Assembly (NCBI GenBank): GCA_964492305.1
Contig: CAZBJN010000001.1
Coordinates: 13,926-59,288, forward strand
Reading direction: 5' to 3'
Source of the DNA: an uncultured Candidatus Saccharibacteria bacterium
GTDB lineage: Bacteria; Patescibacteriota; Minisyncoccia; Phycocordibacterales; UBA918
Length of the DNA: 45,363 nucleotides
How positions within the stretch are numbered: the first letter of the stretch is position 1; each line of letters starts with the position of its first letter. The position numbers were made by a program, and so were the translations under genes. The notes under the pieces were generated by a model that made no database searches, was not told the DNA's origin, and saw only the letters and a list, made by a program, of their open reading frames with translations. Positions 25,174 to 33,997 of this stretch are shown here, piece after piece.

Positions 25174-27168
25174 TTAGTAGCCCAGCATCGAAGCAAATAT
25201 ATCCTCTCTTATCCATTTATTCCACCTATCTTTTTCTTTGATTGGTGTCGATGGGTCTGCAATATAGGTATCAATATTACCCTTTATTGCTACCTTCTCA
25301 GCAGTAGTTAAGTTATTCTTTAGCCTTTCTACTATCATAGGAGGCTTAATATATTTGGCCATATTAGGGTCAGAGAAGATACTAGCAGGGAGCTTCCCGA
25401 CCTCCTTAATGCTCTTATTAAGCAGTTCGGCGCGTTGTGATGTAATTACAGTCGCACTTGGGTTGTGGGCTGTAGATATTGTGCTGCCTCCAGTAGCAAT
25501 TGCCGCAAATCCAGTCTTGCGGGCGCTCTTAATTTGTTGTATATCTTGAGCACTAAACTTACCTGATTTTTCAAGATTTTCAAAATCACTATCAGAATAA
25601 TGAACAGCCATGTTAGTAACTTTTCGCAGTGAAGCCGGGTCCCCTTTCTTTAGGTCTTTCAAAGAGTCAGCTACAAGATTCTCTTTTTCTTCTTTGGTCA
25701 TGTCACGAATTGTTTTGCTCAAGTCTGTAAGTGCTGTCTCTAGATCGGTAGCAGATTTTGTGTTGTCTTCCAGAGTGGTATTAGCGGCATCCAACTCAGC
25801 CTTGCGCTTTTCTTCAGCTGCGGTTTGATTAGCTCTTGATTGAGTCTTGGCAGCATAATCCTGCTCAGCTTTTCGACTGGTACCAGTACCGAACTGTGCA
25901 GCCGTAGCAGCCGTAGCAGCCCCCCTAGCTTTTCTGTCAACGACGTTGGTCCTAGCAGCTTTTCCTACCCAACCATCTCTAGTTTGTAGTACATTGAGTT
26001 TCTTTTCTGCCCAAGCCCCAGTTCTGTTAGCGACTTCACGTCCGGCCAATCTCGGGGCATACGTGGCTACGTTTACCGCTCCCTTCCCTGCACCAACTGC
26101 AATTTTTTTGGTTCGGTTGGTAAATCTGCTGGCTGCTTGTCGGCCCATCGATACCGCCGTATCGGCTCCATGTGCTCCCATCTTTTGGGCAACTACCAGT
26201 GAAGCGATAAGGAAACCAGCCGTCATAAAGAAGAACGGAATCACCGCACCGAAGTTGTTCCCCACTGTACCGGTTTGTCCTGAAAATACAGCGCCATAAC
26301 TACCAGTATTCATTCCGTTGGCTCCCTGCATACTAACCAAGACTTGGTTGGCGAAGTACAGCATGAGTAGGTACGCTGGTGCAAAAAAGGCTCGACTCAT
26401 GAATTTAGTCCAGTAGCTATGTGAGACTGAAGCCATTCCAGGGAAAACCCAGCCCAAGAACATAACTGGAGACAGAATCATGTAGATGATAAGTACAATG
26501 TAGCGGATAATCAGCATGATTCCCCCGGCCATAAACACGAAGGCTAGAATGATGTATAAGAACATCGTACTAAAGATATAAGTGTAGCTAGCTGAGCTGC
26601 CGGCAATCTTAGACAAAGTTGCTCCAGGGCTAAACAATTCATTAAACCCAAGAATGTTCATGAACGACGAAGAAACAGAGTGAGTCCCGTTCTGTAGTGG
26701 AAAGGCTGCAGCAATTTGTGCCGCAGCGATATTTGAGAAGTCGATCACAAACTTTGTGATGAAGAGACTGAAGTTTACCAAGAGAGCAGCGAGTATCAGT
26801 GAAATCAGCATGCTGCGCGCTCTTGAGTCACCATTGTTTAGGATTAACTTTAGTCCGATGTACACCAACCCAAAGATAAAGGTAAGGTTGAATACATCAC
26901 GCACTACTGTCCAGAGGATGTTGACGGAGTTTCCGGTGCCTGATTCGAGGAAGTTGTGTCCAAATCCAACCACGTAGTGAGTTACGGCATAGTTGAGAGT
27001 TTGACCACCTAACCAAGCAAAGAAACCGAAGACAGCGTTAACGACGCTCCAAAGGGTTTCTTGAATAAAACTCGTTTGAGCTAAAGCCAGGTGTGGTACA
27101 AACAAAACCACCAAAACAGCTGCAATAAGCGCGTTGTGCATTAGGCTGATTTTGTGGAATTTGTTCAT
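25174..27168 (-). CDS. TrbL/VirB6-like polytopic membrane protein with long hydrophilic C-terminus
   Basis: Signal peptide, at least 6 hydrophobic segments over ~330 aa, then a ~300-aa charged, coiled-coil-like tail. Family assignment is by architecture and context. Confidence 0.55.
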   Translation of the reverse strand: MNKFHKISLMHNALIAAVLVVLFVPHLALAQTSFIQETLWSVVNAVFGFFAWLGGQTLNYAVTHYVVGFGHNFLESGTGNSVNILWTVVRDVFNLTFIFGLVYIGLKLILNNGDSRARSMLISLILAALLVNFSLFITKFVIDFSNIAAAQIAAAFPLQNGTHSVSSSFMNILGFNELFSPGATLSKIAGSSASYTYIFSTMFLYIILAFVFMAGGIMLIIRYIVLIIYMILSPVMFLGWVFPGMASVSHSYWTKFMSRAFFAPAYLLMLYFANQVLVSMQGANGMNTGSYGAVFSGQTGTVGNNFGAVIPFFFMTAGFLIASLVVAQKMGAHGADTAVSMGRQAASRFTNRTKKIAVGAGKGAVNVATYAPRLAGREVANRTGAWAEKKLNVLQTRDGWVGKAARTNVVDRKARGAATAATAAQFGTGTSRKAEQDYAAKTQSRANQTAAEEKRKAELDAANTTLEDNTKSATDLETALTDLSKTIRDMTKEEKENLVADSLKDLKKGDPASLRKVTNMAVHYSDSDFENLEKSGKFSAQDIQQIKSARKTGFAAIATGGSTISTAHNPSATVITSQRAELLNKSIKEVGKLPASIFSDPNMAKYIKPPMIVERLKNNLTTAEKVAIKGNIDTYIADPSTPIKEKDRWNKWIREDIFASMLGY

Positions 27169-27194
27169 AACAATGTGTGTGGTGGTCTAGGTCT

Positions 27195-28694
27195 TTAGTT
27201 GTTCGAGGCGGTGTTGGCTTCAATTGCGTCTAGGGTTGCTTGGGCTTCTTCAGCACGTTGCCGGGCCTCAGGGTCTTCTTCTGGGGGTGGAACTTCTCGG
27301 ATGTAGCGTTCCCAGTTGTTAATTTGAGCATTTACTAGGGCGTCGTTATGAAGTTCTAGTCTGGCGTACTCTTCGGCGATGGCCTGACGTTCACGTTTAG
27401 TTACTTCTGTATCAGCAGCTGGGTCAGGGAGACGGGCTTGGCGAGCGAGAAGATCTTCTACTGCGGCAATATTTCGGTATATGCCGGGTAGGATAGTGAT
27501 GATTATTTCTGCTTCATCTCGTGCAGCGGCCTTCTGCAGTGGATGAGCTGGGCTACTGGTAGCGGCAAACTCTAGAAGTAATGGATAGGCATGTACTGCT
27601 GCATCACGATAGCGTCGTTCTGTAGCAAGAGCTGACTCCATATCTCCGACGAACTCTTCTTGATCTATAGTATTTTCCAAAGCTACATCACCTAAGTATG
27701 AGCCGGATTCATATCCTTCGTACGTTTGTCCAGTACCGCCAGATAGGCCTAAGAGTCCAGCGGCACCAGTAATTGCAGTTTGGGTAAGTTGACTAAATAA
27801 GGCGGCTAGAATTTCTTGAATTTCGTCAGCCTCAATGAGAACACGACCCCCTACTTCTAGTTGGAAGCTAAGTGCTTCTTGAATAGCTTTTCCTGGTGTT
27901 GAAATAACACAGTTTTGCATAGTGCCTTCCCCACCAACAGACTCACAGATTCGACTTGATAGGAAGCCACTACCGTAATTGAGTAGAGTCGATTCACGTT
28001 TTTTGGCTTCCTCCACTTTTGATTCCGCTAGACGCTCTGAGGTCAGGTATTGTCCGTAAGCGGTATAGGTCTCTGGCTTGGTGGTAATTTCTAGCCAAGC
28101 ATCCCAACCACCTTCATTAAAGTTTCCAGACATAAAGCTCTCGATATTTTCTAGAGCTCCGGTAATTGTACAACTTGGAGCGCTGTTATCGCGGGTCTCA
28201 GACTTAATGGTGGCCAGTGCAATTCGGACATCAAGTCTAAATGGGTCACATAAGAATGACAGGTCAGCCATTTGCTCTAGGTATAGACCTAAAGTCTCAT
28301 CAGCAGCATTAAGCAGGAAGCGATCTAGGTCTTGGACAAAGGATGGACTACCCTCAAAACCAGTATTAATCCAGTTAATGATACTGGTAACCATGTTTGA
28401 AAGGGTTTGTTTGGCCATGGCCCACATCAATCCATCAAGTGTCAGCTCTTTGTAGTTTAGAGTAGTCTGGAGCCCAGCTGATACTCCAGTTGAAGCGGCG
28501 GTTGAGCCAGTTGTACCGGCAGTGACGGTGTTAACAGCAGTGTTGCCAGGATCTGAGATCACACTACCAGAAGCCAGAGCGTGAGCTTCTTTGATTTCAT
28601 TAAATGGTTGTGGAATGTATGTGGCAGTGAAGGCAACAATCAGGAGGAAGAGTCCTGTGGCGAATTTTTGTACGATGTTGTGAAAAGAATTCAT
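27195..28694 (-). CDS. secreted/membrane-anchored hypothetical protein (499 aa)
   Basis: N-terminal hydrophobic segment FATGLFLLIVAFTATYI, Thr/Gly/Ala-rich linker, charged helical C-terminus. Confidence 0.7.
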   Translation of the reverse strand: MNSFHNIVQKFATGLFLLIVAFTATYIPQPFNEIKEAHALASGSVISDPGNTAVNTVTAGTTGSTAASTGVSAGLQTTLNYKELTLDGLMWAMAKQTLSNMVTSIINWINTGFEGSPSFVQDLDRFLLNAADETLGLYLEQMADLSFLCDPFRLDVRIALATIKSETRDNSAPSCTITGALENIESFMSGNFNEGGWDAWLEITTKPETYTAYGQYLTSERLAESKVEEAKKRESTLLNYGSGFLSSRICESVGGEGTMQNCVISTPGKAIQEALSFQLEVGGRVLIEADEIQEILAALFSQLTQTAITGAAGLLGLSGGTGQTYEGYESGSYLGDVALENTIDQEEFVGDMESALATERRYRDAAVHAYPLLLEFAATSSPAHPLQKAAARDEAEIIITILPGIYRNIAAVEDLLARQARLPDPAADTEVTKRERQAIAEEYARLELHNDALVNAQINNWERYIREVPPPEEDPEARQRAEEAQATLDAIEANTASNN

Positions 28695-28711
28695 AAAATT
28701 TCTATTACCTA

Positions 28712-29602
28712 TTAGTTGCTACCTCTGTAATCCACGAATAATAAAGCCGAATCGTTTCGTTCAAAGGCACTGGCATACGGCAATACCGCCTGGTACATGT
28801 TTTCCATCGCGTACACCAGTCCGTCGGCGTCATCCTCGTAGCGCTGTAAGCGAATCAAGCTGACCATTGGGTCTGTGATGGCGCCCTGCATAGCTGAAAT
28901 ATCAATATAGAGCGCCTGGTAGACGTTAATTAAATCCAAATGCATTTTGGCCAATTGGGGTGGAACTACTAGCTTCTGAACTTGTTCAGACATGTTTTTG
29001 TAGGCATTGGCGATTACACCGAGCTCCTTTGCGGCCTCAGGACTAGCGGTTTTTAGAAGTTCATCAAGAACTTCAAGCTCAGGACGTGTCCCGGTTTTAC
29101 CGTAGGTAAGGATAATGTCAGCATGGGAGTTAGCGTAAGTGCGAACCGCTTGGGCTGACGAGTCCTCACCAATCACGATGCTTCTGACGTCAATTATGGT
29201 GTCTTTGGCTAGGCTGGTTAGGTTTTTAATTGTGTCATTCAAAACCTGCTCCTCTGTGCGGCCAATTCCGTCGTACCCTTTCATGCGAACGATGTCTTGA
29301 AAAAAGTTTACACCAAATTGCTCAGTCACTGTTTCTGGGACAAATGGAGTGGTGGTACTAGTGTTTGACCGGATAGTTTGTGATGGAGTAATAAATGTCT
29401 CACGCCAATCTTCTATACCGTCATCGTTAGCATCCTGTACTTCTATAGCAACCCGAGTTGGGGCAGCAGCCACAGTTGCAACACTCTCTGTTGGAACTGA
29501 GAGTGTTGGTTTGGTAAATGAACTGAGGGTATATGCACCAGCGACGATGGCAAAGCCTACGACAAAAGCGCCAATGACTCTATTTTTAGATTGGTCATCC
29601 AT
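28712..29602 (-). CDS. membrane-anchored hypothetical protein (296 aa), first gene of the cluster
   Basis: TM segment VIGAFVVGFAIVAGAYTL and a DANDDGIEDW acidic motif. TATAAT sits exactly 6 nt upstream of the ATG. Confidence 0.7.
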   Translation of the reverse strand: MDDQSKNRVIGAFVVGFAIVAGAYTLSSFTKPTLSVPTESVATVAAAPTRVAIEVQDANDDGIEDWRETFITPSQTIRSNTSTTTPFVPETVTEQFGVNFFQDIVRMKGYDGIGRTEEQVLNDTIKNLTSLAKDTIIDVRSIVIGEDSSAQAVRTYANSHADIILTYGKTGTRPELEVLDELLKTASPEAAKELGVIANAYKNMSEQVQKLVVPPQLAKMHLDLINVYQALYIDISAMQGAITDPMVSLIRLQRYEDDADGLVYAMENMYQAVLPYASAFERNDSALLFVDYRGSN

Positions 29603-29702
29603 TCATTTATTATAGCAGTTAAACCGCGGACGCTTTCTTAGGTGTGTATATATCTGTGTATGAAATGTGAGTAGCGTGTATTAAGTATGAAACTGCTGTG
29701 GA

Positions 29703-30569
29703 TTAGAGTGTGGATAGTTTTTTGGTCAGTAGCAGCCAGTTGTTGAGTGATACATCTTCCCCGCGGATAGTGAGCGACAGGTCAAGTTCGGTAAATACCG
29801 TCTCTAAATCATCTCGCTTAAATTTTTCAGTGAGGTTAGCCAGTAGTTGCTTGCGCTTCTTACCTAGGCCAAGATGAAGGATTTCAAAAAAAAGAGCCGT
29901 GTATACTCCAATAAAGTGGTCACGATTAATGTTTTTTATAGTCAAAATGGCTGAATCCACCTTTGGAATAGGGTGGAAATGACCCCGGCCGACAGATTTA
30001 CTGTAAATTGGCTCCCCAAACGCTTTTACAGAAAGCGATAACAGGGATTCTTTTTTGGCGCGGGCGATTCGGACAGCCAGCTCTTTTTGGATTAAAAAGG
30101 TCAAAGTAGAAGGCTGAATGGCAGTTTCTAGGAGGGATCGCAGCAAAAAACCTGATAAATAATAAGGAATGTTGGCTACTACCTTAAAAGAGTGGTCAGT
30201 AAGTCCAAGATAGTGGGGAGTTATTTCCCTTGCATCGCCATGGTGAATTGATAGTTGACCAGACTCAATTTGTTGGGAAAAGGTACTTTTGAGTGTCTCA
30301 ATTGCTCTTATATCTGCCTCAACTGCGATGACTCGGGCGCCGGTGGCCAGTAAGGCCTTGGTCAACATACCAGTGCCTGGTCCGATTTCTAGCACTAGGT
30401 CGTTGGCCGTAACTTCGGCTGACGCAGCCATCCAGCCCGGCACAATGTCGCTGGTTAGAAAGTTTTGACCCAATGAGCGTTTGTGGGCAAATTTTTCTGG
30501 TGTTTCGCCTTCTTTATCAACGGGCTTCCCTCTTAGTTTCCCGTGGTGTTTTGTCATGTCTTCGAGCAT
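29703..30569 (-). CDS. rsmA: 16S rRNA (adenine1518/1519-N6) dimethyltransferase
   Basis: KRSLGQNFL, LEIGPGTGMLT, VANIPYY. Confidence 0.9.
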   Translation of the reverse strand: MLEDMTKHHGKLRGKPVDKEGETPEKFAHKRSLGQNFLTSDIVPGWMAASAEVTANDLVLEIGPGTGMLTKALLATGARVIAVEADIRAIETLKSTFSQQIESGQLSIHHGDAREITPHYLGLTDHSFKVVANIPYYLSGFLLRSLLETAIQPSTLTFLIQKELAVRIARAKKESLLSLSVKAFGEPIYSKSVGRGHFHPIPKVDSAILTIKNINRDHFIGVYTALFFEILHLGLGKKRKQLLANLTEKFKRDDLETVFTELDLSLTIRGEDVSLNNWLLLTKKLSTL

Positions 30570-30596
30570 ACCGACCTAACTCCAAAAGAGCAAGGC

Positions 30597-32555
30597 CTAG
30601 TCTAACCAGACGGTTGTTTCGTAGCCTGAGGAACCACCACGTTCGTTTGGATTTCCACCCTCAATGTATTTGGTACTAATATCGTTTAAGAATGATGAAG
30701 GGAGGTTTACTCGCTGACTACCATATATTGTACGAAGATGGGCGTAGGTTAAAAATAGTTTTTTGGCCGCTCGGGTAATGGCTACATAAAACAGCCGCCG
30801 CTCTTCTTCGTGATCGATACCAGTGTCATCTAGTCGCTCGTGCGGAAATAGTCCTTCTTCAAGTCCAGAGATAAACACGTATGGGAATTCAAGTCCCTTG
30901 GCAGAGTGAATGGTCATGAGTCGAACAGCGTCCTGTTCTTCTTTGTCTTTGAGTTCATCTTGGTCACTTTGTAGAGCAGCTGTTTCGATGAGGGCTTCTA
31001 CTGCAGCTTCTGGTGACATCTCGTCATAGCGACGACCAAGAGTAACGAGCTCTTGAAGGTTTTCAAGACGTGAGAGATCTTCCTCCGTGCCGCTCTTCTT
31101 AAGTTCAACTTCAATGCCGGTCCGCTTAATAATAAATTTAAGCGTTTCAGATAATGGCTTGGTCCGAGCTTCGTCGGCGATGTCCATCATCATTTGGTCA
31201 AAGCGCTCAACTTTTTCTAGGGTCGCTCCTTTGAGTTCAGATCGCTTTCCCTCAACTACTTTTAGCATGGTTACCTTACCGATGCCGCGCGGTGGTTCGT
31301 TAATTACCCGCACCAAATCAGCGTTACTGCCAGGGTTCAAAGCGAGACGTAAGTAAGACAACACATCCTTAATTTCTTTGCGTTCATAGAACTTGGTGCC
31401 GAGAAGCTGGTACGCCACTTGGTAATTTAAGAAGGCTTCTTCCAGGGCGCGTGATTGGAAGTTAGTGCGGTACAAGACAGCGATATCAGTTGGATTGGCA
31501 CCGGCTTCGATAAGTGACTTCGCAGTTAAGGCGATGTACTCAGCTTCGTCTTGTCCGGTCATGGCCGCGTAGAGAGTGATCTTATCCCCCTCTTCGTTGC
31601 TGGTAAATACTTCTTTGGCTACACGATTTTTATTCTTCTCAATAATTTCATTTGAAGCGGCAATGATGGTCTTCGTTGAGCGGTAATTTTCTTCAAGCAA
31701 AATAGTTTGGGCGCCAGGAAATTCACGTTCAAATTGTAAAACGTTTTTGATGTCAGCACCGCGCCATGAGTAGATGTTTTGATCAATGTCCCCCACTACG
31801 CAAACGTTGGCTTTTTCGCCAGCGAGAATTTTAGCAATTGAAAACTGCACTGCGTTGGTGTCTTGGTACTCATCCACATGGATGTACTTAAAACGATTTT
31901 GTAGGGTCTCTCGAACCACCGGATTATTTTTTAAGAGGCCAAGAGTACGGATAAGAAGGTCGTCAAAATCTAGTGCATGTTCAGCGTGAAGGATTGATTC
32001 GTAGTGCTCCCAGACATTGGCAGCGACCTGATCAGGAAAAGTACTGGCTGACAATTTATACTCAGGGGCAGTAATGGCGTCACCTTTAGCTCGAGAGATT
32101 TTGCTCAGGATTTTCTTTGGTTCAAATTCTTTAGGGCTATAGCCAGCTTTCTCAACAGCAGACTTTACAGCCCGGAGGGTGTCAGAGCGGTCATAGATGG
32201 TGAAGTGGCGAGGTAGGCCAAGTTGGTCATGAAACTCTCGCAAAATTCGTACTCCAAGAGCGTGAAAAGTCGTCACGACCGGTAGTGAGTCTACCGCCGC
32301 TCGTTCACTTGGTGGGTACTTTTTGATTAACGCCTCCACTCTTTCGCGCATTTCTTTGGCGGCTTTGTTGGTAAAAGTAACGGCCAAAATATTATATGGA
32401 GCTGTGCCTCGGTGTATGATGTGCACAATCCGATGAGTAATTACACGGGTTTTTCCAGACCCGGCGCCAGCAAGGACCAGAAGCGGTCCCTCAGTATGGA
32501 TAACGGCGTCACGTTGTTTGCTGTTTAAACTTTCAAGGTATGGGAATCCTGTCAT
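30597..32555 (-). CDS. pcrA: UvrD/PcrA-family DNA helicase
   Basis: AGAGSGKTRVITHRI, TFTNKAAKEMRERV, VDEYQDTN, TIHSAKGLEF, YVAITRA. Confidence 0.9.
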   Translation of the reverse strand: MTGFPYLESLNSKQRDAVIHTEGPLLVLAGAGSGKTRVITHRIVHIIHRGTAPYNILAVTFTNKAAKEMRERVEALIKKYPPSERAAVDSLPVVTTFHALGVRILREFHDQLGLPRHFTIYDRSDTLRAVKSAVEKAGYSPKEFEPKKILSKISRAKGDAITAPEYKLSASTFPDQVAANVWEHYESILHAEHALDFDDLLIRTLGLLKNNPVVRETLQNRFKYIHVDEYQDTNAVQFSIAKILAGEKANVCVVGDIDQNIYSWRGADIKNVLQFEREFPGAQTILLEENYRSTKTIIAASNEIIEKNKNRVAKEVFTSNEEGDKITLYAAMTGQDEAEYIALTAKSLIEAGANPTDIAVLYRTNFQSRALEEAFLNYQVAYQLLGTKFYERKEIKDVLSYLRLALNPGSNADLVRVINEPPRGIGKVTMLKVVEGKRSELKGATLEKVERFDQMMMDIADEARTKPLSETLKFIIKRTGIEVELKKSGTEEDLSRLENLQELVTLGRRYDEMSPEAAVEALIETAALQSDQDELKDKEEQDAVRLMTIHSAKGLEFPYVFISGLEEGLFPHERLDDTGIDHEEERRLFYVAITRAAKKLFLTYAHLRTIYGSQRVNLPSSFLNDISTKYIEGGNPNERGGSSGYETTVWLD

Positions 32556-32721
32556 ATATATGTATAGGAGAACACTATACCATGCCTACCCGAAGGGCCT
32601 GTTCCTGTCCTGGGTCCAAAATACAAAGCATTTATACTGTAATGTCAATACTAATTATTTGGCTTCAAATAAGGTTTAAAAACATCCTTTTTCCTTTCCA
32701 GTACAAATGTGTATTCGTCAA

Positions 32722-32809
32722 TTGCGCTTAAGTCTTGGTCTAGTAGAATTGCCGTATACCAAAAAAGGTACAGAGTTCACTAAGAAAGTCGCAAGACTTC
32801 TTTTTATTT
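32722..32809 (+). promoter_or_regulatory. promoter (TTGCGC-16-TAGAAT) plus terminator-like hairpin: ~55-nt sRNA or attenuator
   Basis: TTGCGC at 32722-32727 and TAGAAT at 32744-32749. Hairpin aagtc-gcaa-gactt (32786-32799) is followed by ctttttattt. No CDS lies between them. The M23 peptidase gene starts 110 nt further on. Confidence 0.35.
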
Positions 32810-32918
32810 CCGAAATTTTCCGTAGCGGTTGTATGAGCGGTGAGTCCATAACAAACTTCGTATAAAACCCACAGTAGAAGATTCTGATTCAAGCGTACGT
32901 GGAAGCGTATCCGTTCAG

Positions 32919-33950
32919 ATGACATATCAAGCCGACACTATTTCTCCGAAGAGAGCTTTTCTAGAATATCTCGCAGTGTTGCTCATTATTATTATTCCAA
33001 TCTCAGTACAAGCTGGGATTTTTGGCGGTGCTGATACAGCTGAAGCCAAAGACACTAACCTTTCAAATGTAGAGAACAGTAAATCTGCCATCGATGTGTC
33101 AGTTTTGTCTGCTCAGCAAAACCCAAATCCGCAAGGCGCTCTTGGTGGGGCTGAGGTATTAGTTAACGAAGACACTCTCGTATCTTCAGGTCCGGTTGGA
33201 GCTGATGTGATTGCAAGTACCAAAGCCTCTTCAGGCGAGATTAGCGTGTACACTGTGCGCAGTGGCGACACCCTCTCTCACATCGCTGAGATGTACGGAG
33301 TAACTACAAACACCATTCTCTGGGCCAACGATCTTCCGCGCGCTACTAGTATTCGCGAGGGACAGACACTTATTATTTTGCCGATTGCTGGAGTGCGTCA
33401 CACAGTTGTGAAGGGTGACACTATTAATTCCCTTGCCAAGAAGTACGATGGCGATGCAGAAGAAATCACTTCATACAACGAGCTTTCAGCTGATGATGGA
33501 CTTATCGTCGGTTCAATCATCGTGATTCCTGGTGGCGCTATCCACACTGCTCCAGTAGTAGCTGCTCAACCGGTTCGTACCTCAGGTTCAACTTCGGTCT
33601 CAGGCGCAGGTTGGTTATCACACCCAGTTCCAGGAGCTATTAAGACACAAGGTATTCACGGCTATAACGCCATCGACCTAGCGGCTGGAGCAGGAACCTC
33701 AATTAGAGCAGCTGCCGGCGGAGAAGTTATAGTTTCAAAGAGTTCAGGCTGGAACGGCGGATACGGACAATATATTGTAGTGAAGCATGCTAACGGCGCT
33801 CAAACACTTTACGCTCACCTTTCACAAAATCACGTTGGAGTTGGAGCTTATGTCAGTCAAGGAGAAGTGATTGGTGCTATGGGTAACACTGGCCGCTCTA
33901 CTGGTACCCACCTTCACTTTGAAGTCCGTGGTGCTGGCAATCCATTCTAA
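32919..33950 (+). CDS. LysM-domain M23 family peptidoglycan endopeptidase
   Basis: Two LysM repeats (YTVRSGDTLSHIAEMYG, HTVVKGDTINSLAKKYD). M23 motifs HGYNAIDLAA and GTHLHFEVRG. Confidence 0.85.
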   Translation: MTYQADTISPKRAFLEYLAVLLIIIIPISVQAGIFGGADTAEAKDTNLSNVENSKSAIDVSVLSAQQNPNPQGALGGAEVLVNEDTLVSSGPVGADVIASTKASSGEISVYTVRSGDTLSHIAEMYGVTTNTILWANDLPRATSIREGQTLIILPIAGVRHTVVKGDTINSLAKKYDGDAEEITSYNELSADDGLIVGSIIVIPGGAIHTAPVVAAQPVRTSGSTSVSGAGWLSHPVPGAIKTQGIHGYNAIDLAAGAGTSIRAAAGGEVIVSKSSGWNGGYGQYIVVKHANGAQTLYAHLSQNHVGVGAYVSQGEVIGAMGNTGRSTGTHLHFEVRGAGNPF

Positions 33951-33965
33951 GAGAGTCCTCAAATT

Positions 33966-33997
33966 AAAAAACTCGCATCAATTGATGCGAGTTTTTT
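33966..33997. terminator. bidirectional intrinsic terminator
   Basis: aaaaaactcgcatc-aatt-gatgcgagtttttt hairpin. Confidence 0.8.
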
